Position numbers and translations under genes: made by a program. This document shows, in pieces, positions 1-12,212 of a stretch of 64,000 nt of DNA. The notes under the pieces are model-generated. The model was not told where the DNA came from. It was given only the letters and a program-made list of their open reading frames with translations, and did not search any database. The DNA comes from Phoronis australis (lineage: Eukaryota > Animalia > Phoronida): assembly GCA_002633005.1 (NCBI GenBank), contig NMRA01000033.1, positions 622,233 to 686,232 on the forward strand, read 5' to 3'. Positions within the stretch are counted from its first letter, which is position 1. Each line of letters begins with the position of its first letter.

Positions 1-1130
1 TGCATACGTCCCTATAAAAACCTTTGAATTTTTACCCTAATCCACAAGGAAAGTGATATGTCAAGACATCAACAGCCTTACTAGTATGCTTCAACTCCTC
101 GCGTGCTCAGGGTTGATATATTGAGTTGGCACGATCTCATCTGGTGAAAATCAAACAACTCAGGCCAAATTTACAAAATAACCTAAAGTTACAATATTTT
201 TTCAGCAAGAAAAATTAACACAATTGGGACTTGGATTTTAAATCGGCGAACTAATAAAATTACAAATTAAAACGACTTCCGATAGACTTTGACTTCCTGA
301 CTGCTGATTACATTAATTTTCACTTAATTAATTTAGGCATCTCTACTTACAATAGAAAGGTATAGTATGCAGTTCAAACGTCTTCGGGTTTTTTGATGAA
401 TTAGGGGTGATGTTAGTATGTGTAATTGTAGAAAATACAGTATATGATAATTAAATATTTTACAAATAAATGCAAAACAGGAAAATAATTGCATAGTCCA
501 TGACTAAAGTAATCCGTCAGACAAAATATTGTTTCCCTGTAACATGTAATTATGTTAACAACAAGAATAATTATTAGACTGGCAAAATTCTAATTACAGA
601 ATGGCTTAGCCACTTTAATAACTTTCCCATTAACACCCCTTCATTCTTGGCCATGAGGGAAAACTACTCTGGAGATGAATTCGGCTTCTGCCCAGCTATC
701 CTAATGGGGAATTCTGGGTCATTTTGTCTGGATACCTTCAGTTTGTACTGTGTCGTTTTATATGATGCCTGATACAGATGTAATTCTTTTATAATTCTTT
801 TCAGTCATCACATTGTCAGTTGTCACCAACTTGACACTGTTATGGGATGGAATGCCTCAAAACGTCCATGAATGAAACTAAAGAACTTCACAGTCACTGA
901 TACAGTGACGGGTAAAAACAATGACTCAAGTCAAGAGTTAGCATAGACAGTGGCCACCGTCTCTAGCTAGCCCCAGAGACAGTGAATCTCTTACAGGAAC
1001 TTCATATGCCAGAAGCTTTTCGGCAAATTACGCCTCACTGATGACAGCGTCAAAGTCACAATGTTATAAGTATTTTTTGAGCACAACAGGACACCTCAGG
1101 AGGCCGTCGATGTCTCTAATTCCTTTCAAC

Positions 1131-1290
1131 TCAAACAAATATCTCCGTAATCAAACTTTTTCTTCGAGCAGTCCTTAGTACAGTTGCCCATATCGGCAAC
1201 TGGCCATTTTTAGCACAGTGTGCACTCGTGGCGGGCACACTAAAAATAGGAGCGCGGGCAGTGTAAAAATGGTCAGTTACCGATTTGGGC
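1131..1290 (-). pseudogene. Degenerate hAT transposase C-terminal dimerisation-domain remnant
   Basis: ORF 1131..1466(-) contains ARAPIFSVPATSAHCAK...RRKSLITEIF, resembling the hATC pattern LA..yLsiPATSa.sER.FS...RrsrL; no intact transposase frame nearby. Confidence 0.5.
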
Positions 1291-2015
1291 AACTGGACGA
1301 AGGACTGCTCAAAGAAAAAGTTCATGACAGCGTTCTGCCGTTCAGCAACTTTTCCAGACGTGAGGGGTTCTGAACGTGCGATAACATCTGGCTCTTTTGT
1401 TAACTGCCCAGCACTGCATAACTGTCCCGTATGACAACAAGCAGGCCAATATCTCCCAGGCTTCAAAGGGTTACTGAAACCTGGCAGAAAGGATTGTCTT
1501 AACTTCTGTTGTAGTTGGGCGACTTTGGTGATTCAAAAACTAAACATGATCAGCAGTTGACAAGGAATTCGGAAATGCTATTGGTTTATGTTCAAATATG
1601 TTATAACTTAACTTTCATTTTTAACAGCACAGCCCAGTCAGGCTAGAAACGATCTGATCGGAGATTCAGTTAGAGCAATTATCGAACTAAAGAGAGCCGG
1701 CCCTCAAAACATATGCCAGAATAGAGTTAATCAGTTGTGTAAGATAGTGGCTACAGGGGTATCTTCCCAACTTGTTGTTGGGCTATACTGCCTATAGAAT
1801 CAAACAAATTGGGAGCAACGGAAAAACGCCGTAATATTATGTTAGCGACCAGCCGTGTTTTTATGGGAGTATTTGTTCGAGTTGGAATTAAAGACATCGA
1901 CGGCCTCCTACGGCTACGGTATCCCTCTATGAGCGAAAGGTACTCATAATGATGTGACTTAGATGTTTTAACCAGTATGAGGAATATTTCGCCAAAAAGC
2001 TGTCTCTACTGTGGC

Positions 2016-2078
2016 TAGGCAATGACCATCGCCTCTGTTGGCCCGAACCAGGCCAACAGAGGCGATGGTCATTGCCTA
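2016..2078. mobile_element. 63-bp perfect-hairpin mini-transposon with TAG..CTA ends and a 9-bp TSD (AcademH- or Mutator-like)
   Basis: 28-bp arm TAGGCAATGACCATCGCCTCTGTTGGCC (2016-2043), 7-nt loop, exact reverse complement at 2051-2078; direct repeat TACTGTGGC at 2007-2015 and 2079-2087. Confidence 0.85.
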
Positions 2079-2180
2079 TACTGTGGCCAGCTAGTGGCCA
2101 TTGTCTAGAGCCGGTCACGGGCATAGCTGCAAAAGTGCAGAGCGAGCGGGATTAACCCAAGGCTTTGTCAGTTTACAAAC

Positions 2181-2312
2181 CTCTGCAGTTTCAGGATTTC
2201 TACATGCTGCCAATATATGTTGCGGCGGTCTTTGCATAGAGAGCATCTGTTTGATGAATTCCAGACCAATACCTCTATTGCTGCCAGTGACAAAAATTGA
2301 TCTACCCAACAT
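2181..2312 (-). CDS. First coding exon of a classical short-chain dehydrogenase/reductase (C-factor/sniffer-like); remaining exons not found in window
   Basis: 132 bp encoding MLGRSIFVTGSNRGIGLEFIKQMLSMQRPPQHILAACRNPETAE, with the Rossmann TGxxxGxG motif and ACRNP; ends at phase-0 donor GAG|GTTTGT. Confidence 0.88.
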
Positions 2313-2488
2313 TTTAAATGAGCTCCTGCCGCAAAGTACTTGTTTATGTAAAGCCAAAGGTGAAGGACGTCTGTTGGCGCAGTGCCATCTGGCGACATGT
2401 GTCCATTCTTGGCGCGTACTTACGTCGCTAGTGGTCGGCCGGATTCGAGCCAGAGCCTAACCGCGGAGTAGGGTTTTTAGCACCATAG

Positions 2489-2728
2489 CATGCGCGTACC
2501 CAGGGGGGGGGGGNGGGGTGTTGATCGGGGGGCTCAAACGAGACCCCCCCCATTTGGCGAGGTGGGCAAAAAGGTCCGCCTCAGAGAGACAAAAAGTCCG
2601 AGGCATAAGTCCATTAATCCAAGAAACAAACACTTTTTTTTAGTTCGCCCGTCTTTTTGTTACCAAAAGGTCCACAAAGTCATGAATTCGAGCCCCCTCC
2701 CCCATATTGAAGGCTGGGTGCGCGCATG
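2489..2728. mobile_element. 240-bp MITE with CATGCGCG termini and 5-bp TSD
   Basis: Terminal inverted repeats (TIRs) CATGCGCGTACCCAG / CTGGGTGCGCGCATG; flanking CATAG at 2484-2488 and 2729-2733; a second partial copy at 60150-60362. Confidence 0.85.
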
Positions 2729-5700
2729 CATAGCATGTAAAATTTGATTTATTGAATTTCGAATAGCATGAATTTTTGGATTCTAATAATAACCTTCCAG
2801 GGTTTCTCAAAATGGACAGTGCCAGTCAGAAACAAAGTCCTCTTTGAGTCTTTGGTCATCTAGGTCACAGCTGTTCAGTGAAGCCGAGCTGAACTTTGTT
2901 GTAGCAATCACAACGCGGACCCGATACTTTTTCCGTGGCTTCCGTTACCGAAAGGACGTCTTCCCCCTCCCTTACTTTTGGGTACTCAGAAAGGTATAAG
3001 GGTAAAAATGTACCACTTTCCGAATATTCTGCCACTGTTGGCCCTTCTATGACAGAAATTTCCGATGTCGTAACATCTAGGAATTGCGAATATTGTAGTC
3101 GGCCGCGAACGCCTCCACGGGTTGGGGCCAAGGTCTGCGGTTTGGTCAGGTCACAGATCAGACAAATGTAGATAGGGAGGCTTTTTACAGGTCGGTCAGT
3201 GCCCGTTCCAAATGAACACATAAACGTTGCCCCCATAAGTGCGGCTAGTTCTAAAATGTTCCAGGTTTATGGCACTGGAAGGATTCAGCATGGACCAGTA
3301 TCATTACACAGCTTGAGGCCAATTCCTCGTTCCATAAACGCCCAGAGGATATGATAAGTCCAATACGTTATTTTTCAGCCACGGTGACCACTCACTGGGT
3401 CATCAGGCCTGTCAGTGAGGACTTCCAATTCGAATTGCATTCCTTCGTGATTTTACACAAAAAACTGCCAACAAGTATTGTGGGAGGGGATGGGAAACCA
3501 GGAACATAAGCGAGGATACAGTTGGAAAATTTCAGGCGACTTCGTGCGTGGTTCCTCTTGAGGCCTCAATTATAGCTGATGAAATTTTGCGATCGGAGTG
3601 CATAAATTTTTTTTACTCTGAGCTAAATTGACGGCTAAGTGTTCGGAATCATCGAGGTGCGAAAATAAAAGTAACCCCATGCTTGTATTTGCATACAAAA
3701 ATTTATTCGAAACATTTATTAGCTTGAATAAAAGTCAACAACTATCGCAAAGCAAAGGCTACTATGAACGAGTCAAAAATGACCACTTAAATTTCTTTTT
3801 TTAATTTCTCATTGTTACACAATAACAAACAGGTTTTGACAACCAATAACAGCGTTTGACATTACATCATTATGTGATGTCAACATAGCACCAAAAATAG
3901 CCTGTGCTTTGTATAGAATGTGCAAGTTAAAAAATTCAGAAAATACATATTCCCATCTGCTTGCATTCTGACCTAGGGAGTTCGATTTGGCGATTCCGTC
4001 TCGGGCTGGAAACGACACATGCAAGTAATCGACCAATCCCAAAACAAGCAGGGCCCCTTGAACCAAGTTATAATCTATTGAACAAGTTACAGGCGACGGT
4101 GTGAATTGAATTCATTTCATTCGTTACCACAGTCTGTAAAAATGCCTAACAAAGTTTTAACGACACGAATATTGTTTTACCGGTAAATGAAAACCTCACG
4201 GCGGTTGTCACAAACCAAAGTATATTTTTGTGTTGGTTAGACACAGACACACCTGAACAGATGCAATTTTGAGAAAATAAGGACGCTCGTTGTTTATGTT
4301 ATTAGTATCGTACAACCTTTGAAGACCATTCATGTGTCACAAGAACGTCATCGTCCATAGCAATCGCTCCGCCTGTCACCTGCTTTTGACGAATGTAAAC
4401 ATACTGAGTTAGGGGTAAAAGTAGCATAACTGGTCTAGGTGTGCGCTCGCTTTATTTTGAAAACAGCGCTCAAAACACCGAAGGACCCAGTCTCATTTGA
4501 ATTGGTACCAGATGCCAGTTCCGTAGATACAATTTACACTTTCGAAAACGCACGATCATGCAAGACTTCGAGAGATATCGCCATGCATTCATTACAAGCT
4601 ATATTGAAACACCGATGCTAGCTTTACTCGCGAGATTCTAGCGTCCACGGAACCCGCCCAAGATGGGAAAAATGATCCAGACTCATTTCATTTAGCATTA
4701 GCTGACTTTTGCGAAAAAAGAAGAATCCCGAACAATTCAGCTAGCACCAGGTGACGCTGAGAAAAAAAGGACCCGACCAATTTCAACTTCTTTTTAAAAT
4801 CATGAACCAAACATAAAACATCGCATAACTGCATAAATTAAAAAAAGAAAAAAAAAACCGAGACCAATAGTGATGCTTTCTTTGGCCTTCATCCTATCTA
4901 AACTATCATTGTGAGTCAGATCACTTTCAATTTACTTTTTTATGAAATAATTTTATACGAGGTGACGAAACGAGTGTTACCTTGCAGCACGTACAAAACA
5001 AACGCACACTGAATGCTAAGGATAGTGGAAATTTCACAAGCTTGGAAATCCAAAATATTGTAGAGGAAAAAATGTCAGTAGTGCACCAGCTGGTAACAAG
5101 AAGGTTTTTCGCAATACCATGAATACTGTACTATGAGTATAAACCGCATCATGGCGGCTGGCTGTTTGAAAAAGGTCTGAGAGAGCAGTACCTGCATAAT
5201 GGAGGTCAAGCTCGGTTGCTTGGAGAACTGTGGCCATTTTGCCATTTTACCTTCATGGGCAAGTCTTTGAAACCACAAGTCATGACAAAGCTTTGAAAAC
5301 AGGTATCTTCTGGCTCAGGGTAAACAAGCAGACACTGTTATAATACAAATATCAGGTCTTCGCACATGGGCAAACATGGAATGCCACCTAGTTGCAATAA
5401 AAGCATTGAGGACAAGGTCAATGGAGGTCATCTATCAGCAGTCACTGGTGATGATGTTGTAATACCACCCACTCATTTCGTCACTCACAACCAACTGGCC
5501 ACACAAATTGATTATTGATTCTGCATTGCTGAACCATTCCAGAAAATCAAGATGTCTATTTCAAAAAGGCAATACTTTTTTCTCTCACTACTCCCACACA
5601 AAAATACCAAGGAAAAGGGTTTTCACCAACAAAACATGAATCAGATACACAAGAATCCAATTTCAACATACCAATAGTACTGGCAATAAACTAGGGTGAG

Positions 5701-6972
5701 TAAATGCCAAGGGCATCACATTGACAAGAACAAAATGCAAGCAGTTGGAAAAGACAAGGTCAATTCTCTCTCTATACAGTAATATTCTCAGCAGACTAGT
5801 TTTCACAATACTGTTTCAAACTGGCCATACTAAGTTTTTGGGCATTTTTCACATTTTCTTGAAAAAGGAAAGAGAGCACAACAACGCCTGGCAAATTGCA
5901 ACAAACAAATATAACATAAAACAAGATGTATAAAAATAAAATTCAAAAAAGTATTCAAAAATAAAACCAACAACTAAGGTTTTAAATGACTTCTTTGAAT
6001 TTGCGAAGAAATACTCTCAGTTCATTCATGTAAGTTTTGAAATAAGCGCAGCATTACTTTACAAAATCTTTCCCTTTCCAATAGTTAAAAGTGAAAATTC
6101 AATTCCTAATACAACTTTTAATCAACATTGAATTTGAAACTAACATATAGAGAACTGCAGTCTAACATCTAGTATTGGACCAAGATTCGCAGACCAGTTT
6201 ATCCTCTTTTTGGTTACACAAAAGTATGTAAACTAATAACAACTTTCATAAGTCAAAATTGAAAACGACAAATTCAAAAATGTAACAGATTAAACCAAAC
6301 AATCAGGCCAGAAGATCCCCTATCTTGACAAGGGAATGTCCTTGTAATTTACACAACCCTGGATGACATTGAATGCAGCAACAGTTTTGCAAGTTTGCAG
6401 AGGGAAATCCAGGCACCAATTTTGTAAATCAGCACAATGCACCAACTGCACAAAACTAGAAAACCAGGGACAGATGAAAAATGAATTGACGATATCCTTA
6501 CACTAACAGGTTATTTGAATAATCTGACTGAAAGCACATCCATTCAATTGACAAGGGGAAATACTCCCCCAACAGAAAATTCAGGCCAGACAGGCAAGCA
6601 CAAAGTGGCCAATCTCAGTTTGGATGATTCCATTATCAAACAGGGGCTCACAGTGAATTGATCCACCCAACATTTCAAAAAGACACAATAAATGCGTCTC
6701 CATATTATTCCCGTCTTCAAAAACAACAAAAATAATACAGAAAAAAATCCTCCATTTAACAAAGCCACCCAAAATGCATTTAGTACTCATACCCAAAAAA
6801 TACTGACCAAAGTTTAAGGAAGAGCCCATTATTTGGAGAACCTGAAAATTGCACAGGTGAACTTCACATCTTACTTCCAGATACCTTACCAACTGTTGAA
6901 GACAAAGAGAAAATACTGATTGCGGAACAGAAACTTTCCAATAGGCCGTGAACTTTTCTGTCAGTCAACATT

Positions 6973-7833
6973 TTATTGATATTTTTGTTGAAGAATTTCA
7001 TTTTCCTGGATCAAGCGAGCATTTTCACTTCTCAGATTCTCAATTTCTTTTTCCAATTCTCTTTTCGAAGTAACCATATCCTCACTGACATCACAGTCAA
7101 CATTTTCCACGTTTTCCTCATTTCTTTCAATAAGGTGACTTCTGTTTGTCTTGTTTTCTTCCATAACTTTGACCTGCTTCTCCAAAGTTTCTAACCGGGA
7201 TTCCATATTGATGTATTCTTTGACAAGTTCTTGCTTTGACATGTTTTCCAAGCGTTCAGCGTGGATGTTATTGTAAGTTTCCGAAAAGTCTTGAACGAGA
7301 AACGAATCATCATCGTTTGGAGACTCGTAATACTCATCCCCTGAACTATCATAGCTACCAGAATGGCGTTGATTTTCATCATGATCATGATCTTGTAAAT
7401 CAGGTTCAACATGTTCATTGGCATCATGGTCGTCCATTAAAAACTGAGTTGTATTATATGGCGCAACAGGATGACCAGATTCGAAGCGTTTCTGCCGCTT
7501 TGCACAAGCTCGCTTCGTTTCAAGAGCATCAATTTTTTGCCTTTCTTCCCAGCAAAGTTTGTTGTAGGGTTTCCAGTGGTGATTTTTACCGCCTTTTTTC
7601 CTTCGTCCTTTTTTCCCTTTTCTTCCGTTGTTGTTTTCACCGGATGTGCTTTCCCCGCTTACTTGTCGATCGACACCCAACTGCCCGTCTCGCACAGTTC
7701 CATTCTTCGCTTCAACGCGGGGGCTGATTTCACGCTCATCGTCACCTAACGCCCCATCGCCACCACCGACAATGATAGGAGATTTCGGCTCAGAATTCAC
7801 CTGATCTGAGCATTCTGTGATCATCTCATCCAT
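6973..7833 (-). CDS. HEXIM: HEXIM-family P-TEFb inhibitor (7SK snRNP subunit), single exon, 286 aa
   Basis: Basic RNA-binding region GRKGKKGRRKKGGKNHHWKPY, PYNT motif (APYNTTQFLMDDH), acidic tract, DFSETY..IHAERLENMSKQELVKEY cyclin-T-binding helix and C-terminal coiled coil. Confidence 0.96.
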   Translation of the reverse strand: MDEMITECSDQVNSEPKSPIIVGGGDGALGDDEREISPRVEAKNGTVRDGQLGVDRQVSGESTSGENNNGRKGKKGRRKKGGKNHHWKPYNKLCWEERQKIDALETKRACAKRQKRFESGHPVAPYNTTQFLMDDHDANEHVEPDLQDHDHDENQRHSGSYDSSGDEYYESPNDDDSFLVQDFSETYNNIHAERLENMSKQELVKEYINMESRLETLEKQVKVMEENKTNRSHLIERNEENVENVDCDVSEDMVTSKRELEKEIENLRSENARLIQENEILQQKYQ

Positions 7834-10800
7834 ATTTGGTATTCTTTATCGTAAAAGTCTCTAAATTTTGATAAATTTTAAAAACAGAACTGGTCATAGT
7901 TCGCAGATTCTTCACACGTAACCGAACTCGCTGACGGTTCAGTCGAGACTAACCACTCACCACGTTTATCAATTCAAGTGGTATTTACAACGTATACATC
8001 CGCCAGGCGAAATTACCAGCTCAGAAATGGTGACCGCGTTTTAGCTTCGCCTCGAAAATTACTGTCAAGTAAACGAGTTTTTCTGATTCTCCACTCACTT
8101 CAGAATTTGTAGACGATAATTATTCCTGAGAACAACAAAAAACTAGATTGAAATCAGTCATGTTTACATGTGTGCAATAATCTAACGAAATCTAGTTCTA
8201 GACCCCCAGCAGTGGTCACGTGACAAAGACCTTATTTTGTTTATTGCCATCTTCTGTGAATACAAAGAACTAAACGCAATCAGATGCAATCGTAATCATA
8301 TTACAAACTTAAATAATGAAACAACGAACTATTGTTTGAACTATATTAGTTGCAATAAAGATTCACGAACGTCAGGAAGACGCCTGGAAGTAAATTATTA
8401 GACAAGTTGTTATCCATATCGTCTTTACTGGAGTGTTCAAGAGCCACAATCTTATACTGGCCGTCTTAGCCCTACCGGCCTTCAGTGAGTGCCGCGCAAC
8501 AACGCTCGGACGAACACTGGAGTACAATAATTTCAGTTCACCAGCTTTGTTCTCAGGAGAAAAAAATAATCAAAATTAAAACTGTTAAATTGCTGTTCTT
8601 TGATCTGCTATACTCAGTTGTTAACTGATTTGGATTCAGAATCTATTTTCTGAGTCGGCCGGAGAGGCCTTCAGTGACTCAAATCACAATAACTACGTGT
8701 ATGTAATCGCATTAATATATTTTTAATAGTCCTTGCATTAAATCGCCTGATGAAATTCCCCTGACGGTCATGCTGCATTGGTGATTGAAATTAAGGGGCC
8801 ACAACAAGTCAAGCTTGGTATGAAGCAATGAGGATCTGTCGGTCACTCAGTGTCAGTTCGTCTCAACCGAGCGCCCGGGTACTAGCTAAAGACTGGTTAA
8901 AATTGAGCCAGTGGCTTAGGGTTAAGTTGGACCTATCGACTAGTCTGTGTATTTTGCGAAGTATCTACAAAACTGTAGATTTTAACTCCGCCAAAAATTG
9001 TATGATGGTATAAAGCCTGTTTGGCTTACCAATGTGCAACTGTGTTGCCGTCTGACCATCGTTTAAGTAACTGAAGACAGTACAGGAGTAGAACTTTATT
9101 TTCAAATTGATATGGCGGTGAATATAATTAAAAAAAAAAACACTACCATGCGTGCTAGTGAACTGACAAGAATTTAGAAATATGTATATATACAGCAGCT
9201 AAAAGAAATGTTGATGCAGACAGAATCCAATTAAAACATATTTACAGATCCAACAGAATTCGGAACACACGGATGCCATAATTAAGTCACGATCACTGAA
9301 CTTATACGATTTCAAAGGTCAACGGTTACATACTGCATACATAGTTTGAGTACCACACTTATAATGTCTAGGTAAGCTTTATAAAAGTGTCAAGCTCAAT
9401 GGGTGATTCTTTGGTGCTGGGGAGTTTGTTCCGCAGTCAATCATAGTTTGGCACCCTGGTAGCAAACAGAATTGAAACCATAGGAGAAATTAAGTGTTGA
9501 AGTGGGTAACAGCAAGTGTGCTCACAGGTCTGACGTTATAACTTGAGTGCTTAATTTTGAATTCAGAGTTAAGTGTACACGATCCTATATATAATGGACA
9601 CTTATGAAGACTAAGTATTTAATTATCCATGTAATAAGCTGAGAAGCATTTGCTCGGCGAGCCAAGTATAGCTGAGGGTAGCTTGCATCTGAATCACCAA
9701 CTAAAGACTTCAGTGCTCTTCACTGGAGCTTATCAACATTCTTAGACTTTTGCATCCTATACACATGTGCCACACTAGAGGACAGTAAGTGAAGTTAGAT
9801 CTAACATGGGTATGGCCGTATATGATAACAGTTCATTTGCTGTCCGTACCCAATAGGTGGCGAAGTCTAAACAGTACATAGGCTGACATATTGTATGGTC
9901 ATGGAATTTTAATTTATGATCAATAGTTACTCCGAGAGAATTAAGGTACGATTTCTAATCAGCAAAAATTTTCAGATTCTTATTATTCTTCTTTAGAAAA
10001 AATAATGGCCTTAAACTTCTCAGTATTGGCTGTCATGTGGACAGTCTCAAACCATTTCAAGGCAATTTGAGATGCAGACTTCGGAGCACATCTGACAGTG
10101 CCATAGTTATATTATGTACATGCACCGTTTATAGAGAAAATCAGGTGAAATACATTAAACAACAATTTGTCGAGTGACCTCAATTTTAATTGAAGTACAC
10201 CTTTACCGTCAGTCCAATCGCTGGATTAGTGTTTCAATTTCACCCTCAGACCTGTCAGAGAGGAAGGACGATAGTAGAGTACACAATCCCTCTGAACAAC
10301 CACAGGCTTAGGCCACAAGAAGGCTGTAGGGTAGGGAATCAAATACGCCTTCGATAAATCGTTTGAATTCTTCCTTCGGGATTCTTCCACAAATTGACTG
10401 TTTTTTGCACATTGGCATATTGTGTGTAGGGTAACGATTTGAATTCCCAGCAGTCTAGCTGTCTGTTGGACAATAATAGCACATTACTCTAGCGTTTTAA
10501 TCAGTAGTTATTGGTCAATCCCATCCAACCACTGACTGTGCAATCTGGGCACTGTGCGCAAAGGTGTGCATATACTCGGTTCAGAACATGGTTTTCAAGA
10601 GGCATCCCCGTTTGCAATTAAATTCTTGATCATCTTCTGTCGAAAATGTTGACAATATCGTATGCAAGATAAATCCAACTGATCGTGCTTTATAGTCTTC
10701 TAAATTTTTGGTTTAAAAAAATTGAACGCCTTGCAGAAACGTCCACAAGTAGTCCGTCCAAACGCCGGCCACGCATGGCTGATTTTGCCTTTCCCTTGTC

Positions 10801-11941
10801 CAACTGTCGATAAGGAATTGTGTGCCATGAAGGTCATTACGTGGACATGTTCAGACGGACGCATCAAACAGTTTTGGCGAATGAACATTACCAGGTGAAT
10901 ACCGAGTTGAAATGAGTCGTCTCCAAATAAAAATTGAGAAGAAACGTTTAGCATAGGAGTCCACATGAAAACAGCAGACTTAACTGAGAGCAAAACTTGC
11001 TAAAAAGCGGAAACGTATCGGCTTGCCTGGGTTTATCATTTCTCGTTATTGAATAAACACTAACATATCATATCAGTTTAGGACACGCTATGTTAGGTTA
11101 GTGTAAATTATTATTATTTTTTTTCATAAATGACCAGTAACTACAAATAAATGTCATTTTAGATGTCTATACCATATCACCATCATATGGCAAGGATTCT
11201 GCGAAACTCTGCTGGTCGTTCACAACAATTTTAGAAGCGTTTAAAACATTAAAAAGACCAATTATTTTGCCCGAAATTGGCAAGATTGAAATTGATTGAC
11301 TGCTAGTTTCACGGGGTTAATCGGCAAATACATCCGATTGGTTCTCCATGACAACTTTCAGTGTCCAATCCCACGCCGTAGCTGGTTGACCCAGGGGAAC
11401 CGTGGAGGTGCAGTCACAATTATACTGGAGACAATCCACGCAATGCTTTCTGTGGACTTTAAAAGCACCAGCAATCCAGTCATTTGTATTGATGAGCTAG
11501 CTTTCATAGTAGCCAAGTTAAGGTGACACAGCCATTTTATCGCTAAGCAAAAACAAACTGAATGCAACAGATTATGAGCATAAATATTTATTGACATGGA
11601 ACATTTGGAAAGATACACATCATACAAATACAAAAGCTAAATAAAATATAGGCTGTCAGTCATTAAATAATTATCACTAAAATACCCAATTTCAAGGAAA
11701 TGCAATTTCTCCTTATTAATATAACAGACCCACACCTGTCTATGGCAACTGAAGGTCAAAGGTTCCAGGATGTTAAGAAATAAGGAGAGTCCTCATTATT
11801 TAACTTGGCCTTCGCAAAAACAAATGTTCCATTTAAGATACTCATAATAAACCTAAAACAATGAACTGACATCGGGGACTCAAGTTTGAAATTACAAATG
11901 CAATACCAATGGTGATTATGATGTTTGCAGCGAATACCTAA

Positions 11942-12212
11942 AGCTGCATTTCGCTACGTTTAGCTGGGTAAAAACGAAATAGGCTTTTTCATCTCATAAA
12001 ATCAGTCTCACGATGTTCCTTGTTGTGATGAAATTCTACTCAGTTACCCTCAAGAAAATCGAAAGCATCAGCAACTCAAGAAAATGGTCCAGAGTATATA
12101 CACCATGTCTGTGACTGAGTTGGTAATGATAAAGAATAAAAGAGACTGCTTTATGAGAGTAAAAGATTGAATTCATTTTTTTGTTTTTAGCCAAAGAAAG
12201 GCAAATGCAGCT
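11942..12212. mobile_element. PIF/Harbinger (Tourist-like) MITE, 271 bp
   Basis: AGCTGCATTT at left and AAATGCAGCT at right with further imperfect symmetry; TAA at 11939-11941 and 12213-12215. Confidence 0.65.

Noticed and set aside
2849-2870. miR-9-like TCTTTGGTCATCTAG
   Set aside because: The match ends after 15 nt and there is no complementary arm.
8860-8940. TTAACCCTAA telomere-template-like sequence on the minus strand followed by a U-rich hairpin (telomerase RNA candidate)
   Set aside because: No downstream partner strand for a P3 pseudoknot, and no recognisable CR4/5 or H/ACA domain within ~500 nt.
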